A stretch of DNA of 64,000 nt from an archaeon (GTDB lineage Archaea > Nanobdellota > Nanobdellia > Pacearchaeales > GW2011-AR1). Below, piece after piece: positions 9,386 through 18,895 of the stretch; the first letter of the stretch is position 1, and the number at the start of each line of letters is the position of its first letter. The notes under the pieces are model-generated. The model had not been told where the DNA came from and made no database searches. It saw only the letters and a list, made by a program, of their open reading frames with translations. Made by a program: the position numbers and the translations under genes. Where the stretch lies: the NCBI GenBank assembly GCA_043810775.1, contig JBDRNU010000015.1, positions 1 to 64,000 of the forward strand, read 5' to 3'.

Positions 9386-10937
9386 AACTGAAAATAAAGA
9401 GCTAAATAAGTCATTGAATCTCTTAGCAAAGTCCTCTGTAATTGTATTTATAGGAATTTTTTTATCCAAACTTCTAGCTTATATATATAGAATTATCATT
9501 GCAAGATATTTTGGCCCAGAAGTTTATGGAATTTTTTCCCTTGCACTGATGATTGTAGGATGGTTTACTATTTTTTCTGCCCTAGGTTTGTCTGAAGGAA
9601 TTGTAAGGTATATCTCCTTATATCGTGGCGAAGGCAATAAAAATAAAATTAGATACATCTTTAGATATACGCTGAAATTTCTTGTTGTTTCAGGTATTAT
9701 ATCTGGAGTTTTATTATTTATCTTAGCTGATTTTATTTCAGTAAATATTTTCAGGAATATTGAGTTGTCAGTTTTTTTGAAATTTTTCAGTATCTCGATA
9801 CCTTTCAGTATATTATCTTATATTTTCTTGTCTTATTTAAGAGCATATGAAGAAATTGGGTGGTACTCATTTATTTATAATATAGTTCAAAATGCAACAA
9901 AAGTGCTTTTTATAGCATTGTTGATATTTATTGGTTTGAAAAGCGACTCAATTATTTTCTCTTATGTTCTAGGAATGGTTTTCATGTTTTTATTTTCATA
10001 TTTTGTATGTAAGTACAAGCTACCAGAGATATTCTTTCCTGTAAAGCTAAGTATCCAAGATAAAAAAATAGTATCTAAGAAGCTCCTTGATTACTCAATT
10101 CCAATAATGTTTTTTGGAGTGGTTTATATAGTCTTTACTTGGATTGATTCATTTTCTATTGGATTCTTTAAGGGTGCTCTTGAAGTAGGATATTATAATG
10201 CTGCTGTTCCAATAGCACTTTTAATCTCATTAGCTCCGGAGCTGTTTTTCCAGCTTTTTTTCCCTTTAATAACTAAGGAGTACTCCAAGAAAAATCTCAA
10301 TATAATTAAAGAGCTAAGCAAGCAGGTAGCAAAGTGGGTGTTTATTCTTAATTTACCTTTATTTATTTTAATTTTCTTATTTCCTGGAGCTGCCATAAAT
10401 ATTTTATTTGGCCCAGAATATTTAGTTGCTATAGATGCCTTAAGAATACTCTCAATTAGCACTTTATTTGCAAGTGTTTTTCTTGTATCTCATCAGCTAG
10501 TTTCAATGACTGGAAGGTCAAAACTTATTTTATTAAATATAATTCTAGCTTCCTTGATAAATATAGTCTTAAATTACTTTTTAGTTCCAATGCAAAAAAT
10601 ACTTTTTTTAGAAAATAGCACAGGTATAACTGGTGCAGCATTATCAACTATGATTTCCATAATATTCCTCAATACCTTATTCTTTTTGCAAGCAAGGCAC
10701 TACTTGTCTATTGTGCCTTTAAGAAGGAAAATGATAAATATAATAGTCGCAGCAATTATTCCTACAATTCTTCTTATGTATTTTAGAAAGTTAGTTGAAA
10801 TTAAATTTTTATCCCTTATTATCCTTTCAGTTTTCTTTATTTTAACATATCTAGTTCTAATCTTTTTAACAAGAAGCCTAGATAAAAATGATTTCCTAGT
10901 ATTAAAATCACTAAATCCACTAGTTTTAAAAAAATGA
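9372..10937 (+). CDS. oligosaccharide flippase (Wzx/MOP family)
   Basis: IIARYFGPEVYGIFSLA, ~14 TMs, VGYYNAA, GITGAALST. Confidence 0.9.
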   Translation: MKKNKTENKELNKSLNLLAKSSVIVFIGIFLSKLLAYIYRIIIARYFGPEVYGIFSLALMIVGWFTIFSALGLSEGIVRYISLYRGEGNKNKIRYIFRYTLKFLVVSGIISGVLLFILADFISVNIFRNIELSVFLKFFSISIPFSILSYIFLSYLRAYEEIGWYSFIYNIVQNATKVLFIALLIFIGLKSDSIIFSYVLGMVFMFLFSYFVCKYKLPEIFFPVKLSIQDKKIVSKKLLDYSIPIMFFGVVYIVFTWIDSFSIGFFKGALEVGYYNAAVPIALLISLAPELFFQLFFPLITKEYSKKNLNIIKELSKQVAKWVFILNLPLFILIFLFPGAAINILFGPEYLVAIDALRILSISTLFASVFLVSHQLVSMTGRSKLILLNIILASLINIVLNYFLVPMQKILFLENSTGITGAALSTMISIIFLNTLFFLQARHYLSIVPLRRKMINIIVAAIIPTILLMYFRKLVEIKFLSLIILSVFFILTYLVLIFLTRSLDKNDFLVLKSLNPLVLKK

Positions 10938-11656
10938 AAAAAGCCAAGCTTACTGGAAGGAATATTATCATTCAGGACTTAATTAATCTTATTCCTAAGG
11001 AACTAAGGTTAAGATTTAATCCAGACAGGTATGCTGTTGAAAAGTTTGTTGTTCAAGCCTCTAAGAAAACAAAAAAAGACTCTAAAATCCTGGATGCAGG
11101 AGCTGGACTCTCTCCTTACAAATGTTTTTTTAATCATACAAAATATGAGGCAGCAGATTTTAATAATAATTTTGGAAACCTTGATTTTATATGCTCCCTT
11201 GATAAGATTCCAAAAAAAGAGGGCTATTATGATGCAGTTATTTGCACAGAAGTATTAGAGCATGTTCCTAATCCTCAGGAAGTGGTTAACGAATTTTACC
11301 GAGTATTAAAAGTAGGGGGCAAGTTGTTTTTGACAGTTCCTCAGGGAAGGGCAATTCACCAAGAGCCCCATAACTATTTTTACTTTACAAAGTATGGCTT
11401 GAACTTAATTCTTAAAAATACTAATTTCAAGAATATTAAAATCCAGCCCAAAGGAGGGTATTTCAAATTTCTTGGAGATGCAATTCGTTTTAATAATATA
11501 CTTAACCAATACAAAAAATACTGGTTTATTTACTATCCTTTATTCATTATTGAAAGAGTAATATCTATGATTATAATATTTATATTATTTCACCTGGATT
11601 TTTTGGACAAAGAAAAAAAATGGACATCTGGTTATCTAGCAGAGTCAATAAAATAA
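10934..11656 (+). CDS. class I SAM-dependent methyltransferase
   Basis: ILDAGAG motif I, YDAVICTEVLEHVPNP, RVLKVGG. Confidence 0.88.
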   Translation: MKKAKLTGRNIIIQDLINLIPKELRLRFNPDRYAVEKFVVQASKKTKKDSKILDAGAGLSPYKCFFNHTKYEAADFNNNFGNLDFICSLDKIPKKEGYYDAVICTEVLEHVPNPQEVVNEFYRVLKVGGKLFLTVPQGRAIHQEPHNYFYFTKYGLNLILKNTNFKNIKIQPKGGYFKFLGDAIRFNNILNQYKKYWFIYYPLFIIERVISMIIIFILFHLDFLDKEKKWTSGYLAESIK

Positions 11657-12523
11657 TTATCTAGTATTTTTCCCAAGATAGCTTTTTCTGATTATTCCTT
11701 CAATAGTGCCAAAATACCTAGCAATCATAAATAATATCATCATCCCTAATAATCTAAAGCTACTATTTTTATAGCACCTCTCAAGTGCCAGCAATGGAAT
11801 CACAGCAGGAGAAGCAATAATTAATACAATTGGCGATATATACTTGATTATTTGTGCTTTAAACCACCAGCTTTCTAGTGAAGCACCTATCCATCTGCTC
11901 TGCTTGTATACTTCCTTGAATGTTTCAGGATTTTTATGATAGCATGTGGTATTTTTTGCTACAACAGGCCCTTCCTTGTGCTTAAACCACAAAGTTAGGT
12001 CATCTGCATATCCATATCTGGAATCAAATCCTCCAAGCTCAAGAAACTTATCTTTTCTTATTGCCCTAAAAGCAGTTTTAAGTTTGCCCCCATTTAAGTC
12101 AACCTTTCTCCTATCTATTCTTACCTTTCCCCAGCATCTGCTCCAGATATTTTCTGGATTTTCTACAACTTCATAATCATGGGTGGTTCCAACTATTTTT
12201 TTATTATCTAATATTGGCTTAATTAAGTTTTTAATATAGTTTTTATCAAAAGTCATGTCAGAATCTGCAAAAGCAAGAATCTTCCCTTTTGCATTTTTTG
12301 CCCCAAGATTTCTTGCCTCACCAGGTCCTTTGTGATTTTGCCTCAATAACCTAATATTCTCAAATTTCTTTATTTTATTTATAGTATTATCACTAGAGCC
12401 ATCATCCACAATTATAATCTCAATATTTTTATAACTCTGTTTTCTCAGGCTTTCTATAGCTTTTGGAATATCTTTTTCCTCGTTATAAGTAGGAATTACA
12501 ACTGAAACTTTTGTGTTTTTCAT
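11657..12523 (-). CDS. GT2 glycosyltransferase
   Basis: SVVIPTYNE, VDDGSSD, ARNLGA, FADSD, GGFD. Confidence 0.9.
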   Translation of the reverse strand: MKNTKVSVVIPTYNEEKDIPKAIESLRKQSYKNIEIIIVDDGSSDNTINKIKKFENIRLLRQNHKGPGEARNLGAKNAKGKILAFADSDMTFDKNYIKNLIKPILDNKKIVGTTHDYEVVENPENIWSRCWGKVRIDRRKVDLNGGKLKTAFRAIRKDKFLELGGFDSRYGYADDLTLWFKHKEGPVVAKNTTCYHKNPETFKEVYKQSRWIGASLESWWFKAQIIKYISPIVLIIASPAVIPLLALERCYKNSSFRLLGMMILFMIARYFGTIEGIIRKSYLGKNTR

Positions 12524-12597
12524 TATTTAGAAAACTTTTTCTAACTTATAAAGCTAACTAACCAAAAATTTATAAACCTTATTTTTTCGGCTGTATT

Positions 12598-12969
12598 ATG
12601 GATCCAGCCAAAGTAGAAGTTCATAAAATTAGTACACAAGACATGGAAGAAGCTTTTGATAAAGGAAGAATTTTAGTTCGTTCTAATGGGTCTGTTCCTG
12701 ACTATACATCACTAAATCAGATAAGCTTAATTGCACTTGTTACAGGATATTCCTTAAGTGTTAATGGGTGCCTGTTAGTCATAGATATTATTTACAGTCA
12801 ACGCCCAGAACTAGTTACTTCTTGGAGAGATAATGATATAAGAACTGGTGCACACCATATAAAACAAGCTAAATTTGATTTCGACAGTCTAGAAACTATG
12901 GAGAGGTTTCCCTCTTTTCATTATCTTAGGTTAATGTACCAGATTATTGATCCTCCTTTAAGAAATTAA
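12598..12969 (+). CDS. hypothetical protein (ORFan-like)
   Basis: 123-aa ORF filling the gap, with its own TTTATAAA box (12569-12576) about 21 nt upstream; no motif recognised. Confidence 0.6.
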   Translation: MDPAKVEVHKISTQDMEEAFDKGRILVRSNGSVPDYTSLNQISLIALVTGYSLSVNGCLLVIDIIYSQRPELVTSWRDNDIRTGAHHIKQAKFDFDSLETMERFPSFHYLRLMYQIIDPPLRN

Positions 12970-14069
12970 CAAAAAAATTCTTTAATAGAGCTAATCACTT
13001 TATCTTGCTGTTCTTGAGTCATTTCAGGATACAAAGGAATAGAAACAATTTCTTCTGCAAGTTTTTCTGCAACAGGATAAGCCTCATTTTCATACTCTTT
13101 TAAGTATATAGGCTGCTTATTCAATGTAATAGGATAGTATATCTGGGAAGCAATCTCTTTTTGTGCAAGATTTTCTATTAATTCATTCCTCTTGCCATTT
13201 AAAACTCTAATTGTATACATATATGGTGCTTGGTTTATTGCTTCATTTGATTTAAAAAAACCCAATTCTTTTATTTCTTTTAGTTGGTTATTATATATTT
13301 CAGCTAGATTTTTTCTTTTTTCAATCCACTGATTCAAATATTTTAATTTTGCGCTTAAAATAGCAGCTTGCAATGCATGCATCCTGAAATTTCCCCCTTC
13401 ATAAGTATGTTCATATTTAGTTTCCCTACCGTGGTTTACAAACATCTTCATTTTTTTTGCAAGCTCTTCATTATCTGTAACAATGCATCCAGCATCGCCA
13501 TATGCTCCCAATGTCTTTCCTGGAAAAAAGCTAAAGCATCCAATATCACTTACAGGAACTTTCTTTCCAGTATATTCTGAGCCATGCGCCTGACAGCAGT
13601 CCTCAACTATTTTTAAATTATTCTTCTGCGCAATTTCAATTATTCTTTCCATATTGCAGACATTTCCATATAAGTGCACTGGAATTATTGCCTTGGTTTT
13701 AGCTGTAATTTTCCCCTCAATTTTATCTGCATTAATTAAACCAGTATTTTCATCAATATCCACAAATACTGATCTGGCATTGACTGCCTTAATTTGGCTT
13801 GCTGTTGCAATAAAACTATTAGGAACTGTAATAACCTCATCTCCTTCTTTTATATCTAAAATCTTTAGTGCCACAAATAATGCACTAGTTCCACTGCTTG
13901 TGCCTATGCAGTGATTCTTTCCCAAGTATTGTGCAAAACTCTTTTCAAATTCTTCAAGAAACTCGCCCTGAATAAAAGCTGAGCTTTCTATTACCTTTTT
14001 AACTGCAGAATCAATATCTTCTTTTATACTATAATACTGGGCATTTAAATCAACCATTGGAATTTTCAT
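12966..14069 (-). CDS. DegT/DnrJ/EryC1/StrS PLP aminotransferase (WbpE-like)
   Basis: SSGTSAL, IIPVHLYG, VEDCCQAHG, FSFFPGKTLGAYGDAG. Confidence 0.9.
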   Translation of the reverse strand: MKIPMVDLNAQYYSIKEDIDSAVKKVIESSAFIQGEFLEEFEKSFAQYLGKNHCIGTSSGTSALFVALKILDIKEGDEVITVPNSFIATASQIKAVNARSVFVDIDENTGLINADKIEGKITAKTKAIIPVHLYGNVCNMERIIEIAQKNNLKIVEDCCQAHGSEYTGKKVPVSDIGCFSFFPGKTLGAYGDAGCIVTDNEELAKKMKMFVNHGRETKYEHTYEGGNFRMHALQAAILSAKLKYLNQWIEKRKNLAEIYNNQLKEIKELGFFKSNEAINQAPYMYTIRVLNGKRNELIENLAQKEIASQIYYPITLNKQPIYLKEYENEAYPVAEKLAEEIVSIPLYPEMTQEQQDKVISSIKEFFC

Positions 14070-14650
14070 TTATAGCCCACCTCTTCAGATTTTTTAATAA
14101 ATCTGGCTGGATTTCCAGTCCAAATCTCTCCATCTGGAACATCTCTAGTTACAACGCTCCCAGCTCCAACTAATGCATTTTTCCCAACTCTTACTCCTGG
14201 AAGAATAATGGAATTTGCCCCTATTTTTGCTTCTTCTTCTATAATTGGTCCTTTTAAATTATCTTTTACTTCAGGATAACTAGGATATTTTGCATTAGTC
14301 AAGCAAACTTTAGGACCTAACCAGCATCCTTTTTTCAATATTGAAAATTCAGGTACAAAAACATCAGAATGAATTCTTACATTATCTTCAATCTTAACAT
14401 GATGTTCAACAATAGAGTGAGTTCCAATTGAAACATTATCTCCTATATCATTATTATCTCTTATATTAACTTTATGCCCTGTCTGAAAGTTAGTTCCAAT
14501 TTTATTTCCTCCATAAATAACAGTGTGGCTTCTTATTTTACAATTATCCCCTATAATTATCTCTTTTTCTCCACCTATAATGCAAAATTCTTCAATTATG
14601 CAATTTTCACCTAACTTTACATTATTAAAAATTTTAGTAGTAGTTATCAT
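14066..14650 (-). CDS. hexapeptide-repeat sugar N-acetyltransferase (WbpD-like)
   Basis: left-handed beta-helix repeats, IGANSIILPGVRVGKNALVGAGSVVTRDVP, GNPAR. Confidence 0.85.
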   Translation of the reverse strand: MITTTKIFNNVKLGENCIIEEFCIIGGEKEIIIGDNCKIRSHTVIYGGNKIGTNFQTGHKVNIRDNNDIGDNVSIGTHSIVEHHVKIEDNVRIHSDVFVPEFSILKKGCWLGPKVCLTNAKYPSYPEVKDNLKGPIIEEEAKIGANSIILPGVRVGKNALVGAGSVVTRDVPDGEIWTGNPARFIKKSEEVGYK

Positions 14651-15680
14651 CTTCATTGCTAATTTCATCAAGTCTAACCTCTTTATTTTCTTTTGCGCTT
14701 TTTAGCATTGCAACTATTAATCTCAAGGTTTCCTTAGCATCATCTCCTGAAATTTTTTCAGGAACGCCCTTATGTATGCACTCTACAACTTCCTGCAGCA
14801 ATGGAAGATGCCCATATCCATATACATTTGGAGGATTAGTAATAGTATGTACAATTTCAGCATCTTCTGGCAAAGTTTCACTAAACTGCCAAATATCCAT
14901 TTTATTCATTGCAAATCCTCCTATCTCAACACTTCCTCTTTCTCCCAAAACACTTATTGAGCCTTTCAAGTCTTTTGGAAAAGTACAGGTTGTTCCCTCA
15001 TAAGTTCCAATTGCTCCATTTTTAAATTTCAAGACAGCAACAGCAGAATCTTCTGTTTCAATCTTGTGAGCGAATGTATCTTTTTTGCAAAAAACACTCT
15101 CAACATCTCCAACCAGCCACCTAAGCATGTCAGTATGATGCGCTGTCTGATTCATTAAAACTCCCCCATCTTGTAAAATAGTGCCTCTCCACTCATCCTG
15201 GTCATAATACTGCTGGTTTCTGCTCCAGCGTATTGTTGTATTAGCAATATATATTTTGCCAAACCTCCCCACTTCAATTGCTTTTTTTAAATGCATAATC
15301 GGAGGATTATACCTGTTCTGCTTAACAATAAACAGCTTAACATTATTTTCCTTGCAAGCCTTTATCATCTCTGTAGCATCTTTCATAGTTAGTGCTATTG
15401 GTTTTTCACAAACAATATGTTTGTCAGCTTTAGCTGCTTTAACAGTCATTTCAGCATGCATCCCTGTAGGGGCGCATATATTTACAACCTCAATTTCAGG
15501 GTTTCTAAGCATTTCATCATAGTCAAAATAGCACTTGCACTGGCAGTCTTTGGCTACCTCAATAGCTCTGCTTTCCTTTGTGTCACAAACAGCCACAATT
15601 TTAGCTTTTGGAATCTGCTTTAGTGAGCTAATATGCTTTCCAGAAACTCTTCCACATCCAACTATTGCAAAGTTAACCAT
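14634..15680 (-). CDS. Gfo/Idh/MocA oxidoreductase (WbpB/WlbA-like UDP-GlcNAcA 3-dehydrogenase)
   Basis: AIVGCGRV, HIVCEKP, VKQNRYNP, WRGT..DGGVLMNQ, PPNVYGYGH; first gene of a WbpB-D-E-like trio; start ATG 15680. Confidence 0.85.
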   Translation of the reverse strand: MVNFAIVGCGRVSGKHISSLKQIPKAKIVAVCDTKESRAIEVAKDCQCKCYFDYDEMLRNPEIEVVNICAPTGMHAEMTVKAAKADKHIVCEKPIALTMKDATEMIKACKENNVKLFIVKQNRYNPPIMHLKKAIEVGRFGKIYIANTTIRWSRNQQYYDQDEWRGTILQDGGVLMNQTAHHTDMLRWLVGDVESVFCKKDTFAHKIETEDSAVAVLKFKNGAIGTYEGTTCTFPKDLKGSISVLGERGSVEIGGFAMNKMDIWQFSETLPEDAEIVHTITNPPNVYGYGHLPLLQEVVECIHKGVPEKISGDDAKETLRLIVAMLKSAKENKEVRLDEISNEDDNYY

Positions 15681-15761
15681 GGCTCTATCTTGCAACCTTA
15701 ATATAAAAACATTATTATAATATATAACAATACTTAAAAGAACAAAATTATACTTTTGGTA

Positions 15762-16769
15762 ATGATTCAAAAAATAAATAAAATCCCTCTTCTCAGAGAA
15801 TCAAAAAACATTGCAAAGGATATCCTAGAAATGTTTCTTAAGACTAGTTTTGGAAATAAGATATTTTTTAAGTATATTCATAAAAAGTACTCTTCTTATA
15901 GCAATAAACCTAATTTTATAAGAATAGAAACAACCAATTTTTGCAATTCAAAATGTACTTTTTGCCCACATAAGTCAATGAAGCGAAAAAAAGGAGTAAT
16001 AGCAGAAAATTTATTTAAAGCAGTAATTGACCAAGCTGCAGACTGGCGAGTAAAGGAGGTTCATTTGCAAAATTTTGGCGAGCCTCTTATGGATAAAAAT
16101 CTTGGAAAAAGAATAAAATACGCCAAATCAAAGAATATTCCTAAAGTAGTCCTGTTCACAAATGCAAGTTTGTTAAGTGATAAAAAATCTCAGGAAATAA
16201 TACAGTCAGGCCTTGATACTTTATTTATCTCATTTGAAGGATATAGTAAAGAAATATACAATAGCTCTAGAATAGGTTTAGATTATGATAAGGTCTCATC
16301 AAATATTAAAAATTTTTATTATCTAAAAAGAAAATTAAATACAAAAAATCCTCAACTAATCTTAAATGTAGTTTATGAAAAAAAATACAAAAAAATAGCT
16401 AAAAAATTCAAGAAAGAATGGATTAAGTATTATGATGGAATAGTCTTTCAACAGTTGCATAATTGGGGTAAAGGAAATCTAAAGGCGAAATTTAATATAA
16501 AGACTTTTTGCACTGAGCCCTGGAATTATATGACTATTAACTGGAATGGTGATGTTGTATTTTGTTGCTTGGATTATGAAGGATTTGTTCCAGTTGGTAA
16601 TGCAAAAAATGAGCCCTTAAAAAAAATCTGGAACAATGAAAAATATAGCCTACTTAGGAAAAGTATTTTACAAGGCAAGCTTTCTAATATAGGATTATGC
16701 AAAAATTGCTCAGTCCCATATATTTCTAAGCATCACTATTATAATTGTCTAATTAGCAAGATAAATTAG
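15762..16769 (+). CDS. radical SAM protein with SPASM/twitch domain (1)
   Basis: CNSKCTFC motif, FGEPL, C-terminal CTEPW...FCC...CKNC. Confidence 0.9.
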   Translation: MIQKINKIPLLRESKNIAKDILEMFLKTSFGNKIFFKYIHKKYSSYSNKPNFIRIETTNFCNSKCTFCPHKSMKRKKGVIAENLFKAVIDQAADWRVKEVHLQNFGEPLMDKNLGKRIKYAKSKNIPKVVLFTNASLLSDKKSQEIIQSGLDTLFISFEGYSKEIYNSSRIGLDYDKVSSNIKNFYYLKRKLNTKNPQLILNVVYEKKYKKIAKKFKKEWIKYYDGIVFQQLHNWGKGNLKAKFNIKTFCTEPWNYMTINWNGDVVFCCLDYEGFVPVGNAKNEPLKKIWNNEKYSLLRKSILQGKLSNIGLCKNCSVPYISKHHYYNCLISKIN

Positions 16770-16811
16770 CAAAGTATTTAAAAACTTATACTCATAAAGC
16801 TAAACTATAAA

Positions 16812-17837
16812 ATGTCAAGACTAGAGTCAGAAATAAAAAAAGCAGGTAACCGGTTTAAAGGGTACTATGCTTTCTATCACCAAAAAACCAAGCTCAAGAA
16901 CAAGCCCAGAATCATTAACATAGAGCTGACAAATTCCTGCAATTCAAACTGTATTTACTGTCCAAGAGACAAAATGAAAAGAAAAAAAGGCCTTATGAAA
17001 AAAGAAACTCTCTCACTAATTCTTGTTAAATATTCTCACCTAATGGAAAGTGTTTGCATATCTCATCATGGGGAATCACTTCTTCATCCTCAAATTGCGG
17101 AGTTTATTAAAATGTTTAAAGACAAAGGAGTTTATGTGACTTTAACAACAAATGCCACCATCCTAAACAGGAATCTTTCAGAAAAAATTATTCTTGCCGA
17201 ACTAGATTCAATTGTTTTTAGCATAGAAGGAATAGACAAGAAATTGTACGAGAAAATAAGAAGAGGCTCAGATTTTGAAAAAACAAAAAAAAATGTTATG
17301 GATTTTCTAAGTCTTAAAAATAAATTAAAGAGTAATATCAGTGTTGAGATTAGGGGAACAGATATGGACCTCACCAGGCCTGAACTTTCTAAATTTAAAA
17401 AATACTGGGGAAGCCTTCCTGGTGTAAATCGTGTGCATATTGACTCTTTTAATTCATGGGCTGGCCAGGTTGACAGAAAAGCTTTTGTTAAGTCAGATTA
17501 TAATCGCGGAATTGTTGGTGAAGGAGAAACGTGCATTCAGCCGTGGTTTTCACTGATTATATTATGGGATGGAAGCGTGGTTCCTTGCAATAATTATGAA
17601 GGAGCGCCTTTTGGAAATATCTTGAACCAGGATTTGTTAAAAATCTGGAACAACGAAAAATATCAAAATCTTAGATATAACCTGTCAAAAGGCAATAAAA
17701 AAACTCTTGATTATTGCGGAACATGTGACCACAAGCTTGAAGGCCTGCCTTTAAATGGAAAAAGAGATAAATATTTCCCCTTCAGCCTAAACACTCTGGA
17801 TATTATTGCAAAATACTTGTTTAAAAAAATAAAATGA
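16812..17837 (+). CDS. radical SAM protein with SPASM/twitch domain (2)
   Basis: CNSNCIYC, HGESL, CIQPW...VPC...CGTC. Confidence 0.9.
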   Translation: MSRLESEIKKAGNRFKGYYAFYHQKTKLKNKPRIINIELTNSCNSNCIYCPRDKMKRKKGLMKKETLSLILVKYSHLMESVCISHHGESLLHPQIAEFIKMFKDKGVYVTLTTNATILNRNLSEKIILAELDSIVFSIEGIDKKLYEKIRRGSDFEKTKKNVMDFLSLKNKLKSNISVEIRGTDMDLTRPELSKFKKYWGSLPGVNRVHIDSFNSWAGQVDRKAFVKSDYNRGIVGEGETCIQPWFSLIILWDGSVVPCNNYEGAPFGNILNQDLLKIWNNEKYQNLRYNLSKGNKKTLDYCGTCDHKLEGLPLNGKRDKYFPFSLNTLDIIAKYLFKKIK

Positions 17838-18895
17838 AAGATAAATTAAAAAAAATAAGGATTTGGAAAAACAAATACAAGGCAATTAAGAATTTCAATC
17901 AGTCAAAAGTTGTGCTGGATAATGTGCCTATTTTTTCCTATATTGAAACAACTAATATGTGTAATTTGCATTGTGCTTTCTGCCCTAGGGAAACTGTTAA
18001 GAGAAAACAAGGACTTATGAAAAAAGAGGATTTTGAAGCTATTGTTAAGAAAGTTCACCCATATATGTTAAGTGCTTCACTATTTTATCATGGTGAACCT
18101 CTGCTTAATAAAAATCTCCCTTATTTTGTGAGTCTGTTAAATAAATATGGGATTAAATCTGCAATTACTACAAATGCTCTAGCTTTAACTGAAGATATGT
18201 CTAGGAAATTGCTAAAATCCAAGCTTTATAATATTCATTTTAGTTTTGATGGTATTAATAAGGAAATATATGAGAAAATAAGAAGAGGCTCAAATTTTGA
18301 AATTGTCCAGAAGAACATACTTGATTTTTTAAGATTAAAAAGAGAACTGAAAAGCAAAGTAAGGGTGATAATAAGAATAACTGAAATGAATCTTACACGA
18401 GATAAAATTCCTGCATTTATTAAGAAATGGTCTTCTATGCCGGGAGTAGATTATGTTCAAATTGACCCCTTACATGACTGGGCAGGCCAGATAGACAGCA
18501 AGCAATTTGTTCAAAACCTCAACAAAAAAATTGTGAGAGAGTCCTCTTATTGCATTCTTCCGTGGTTAGGTATGGATATTTTGTATAATGGTGATGTTTT
18601 TCCTTGTTGCATGTATGAAGGAGAGCCCTACGGAAATATCCTTACAGATGACATCAAGAATATTTGGAATAATAAAAGATTTGTAAATCTAAGAAAAATG
18701 ATACTAAAAGGCAAAAACAACGTGCCCTTTTGTAAGGACTGCACACTTAATTCAGCTGGTGACTATTTTAGTGGAAAGCAGGATAAATATTTCCCATTTA
18801 GCCTAAATACCCTGAAAATTATTTCAGGAGTTGCCAAAAGAAAAGTAAAACTAAACAAGCCAGCACTATTTTCAAAGGAAATTAAGAATGTATAG
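17834..18895 (+). CDS. radical SAM protein with SPASM/twitch domain (3)
   Basis: CNLHCAFC, HGEPL, CILPW...PCC...CKDC. Confidence 0.9.
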   Translation: MKDKLKKIRIWKNKYKAIKNFNQSKVVLDNVPIFSYIETTNMCNLHCAFCPRETVKRKQGLMKKEDFEAIVKKVHPYMLSASLFYHGEPLLNKNLPYFVSLLNKYGIKSAITTNALALTEDMSRKLLKSKLYNIHFSFDGINKEIYEKIRRGSNFEIVQKNILDFLRLKRELKSKVRVIIRITEMNLTRDKIPAFIKKWSSMPGVDYVQIDPLHDWAGQIDSKQFVQNLNKKIVRESSYCILPWLGMDILYNGDVFPCCMYEGEPYGNILTDDIKNIWNNKRFVNLRKMILKGKNNVPFCKDCTLNSAGDYFSGKQDKYFPFSLNTLKIISGVAKRKVKLNKPALFSKEIKNV

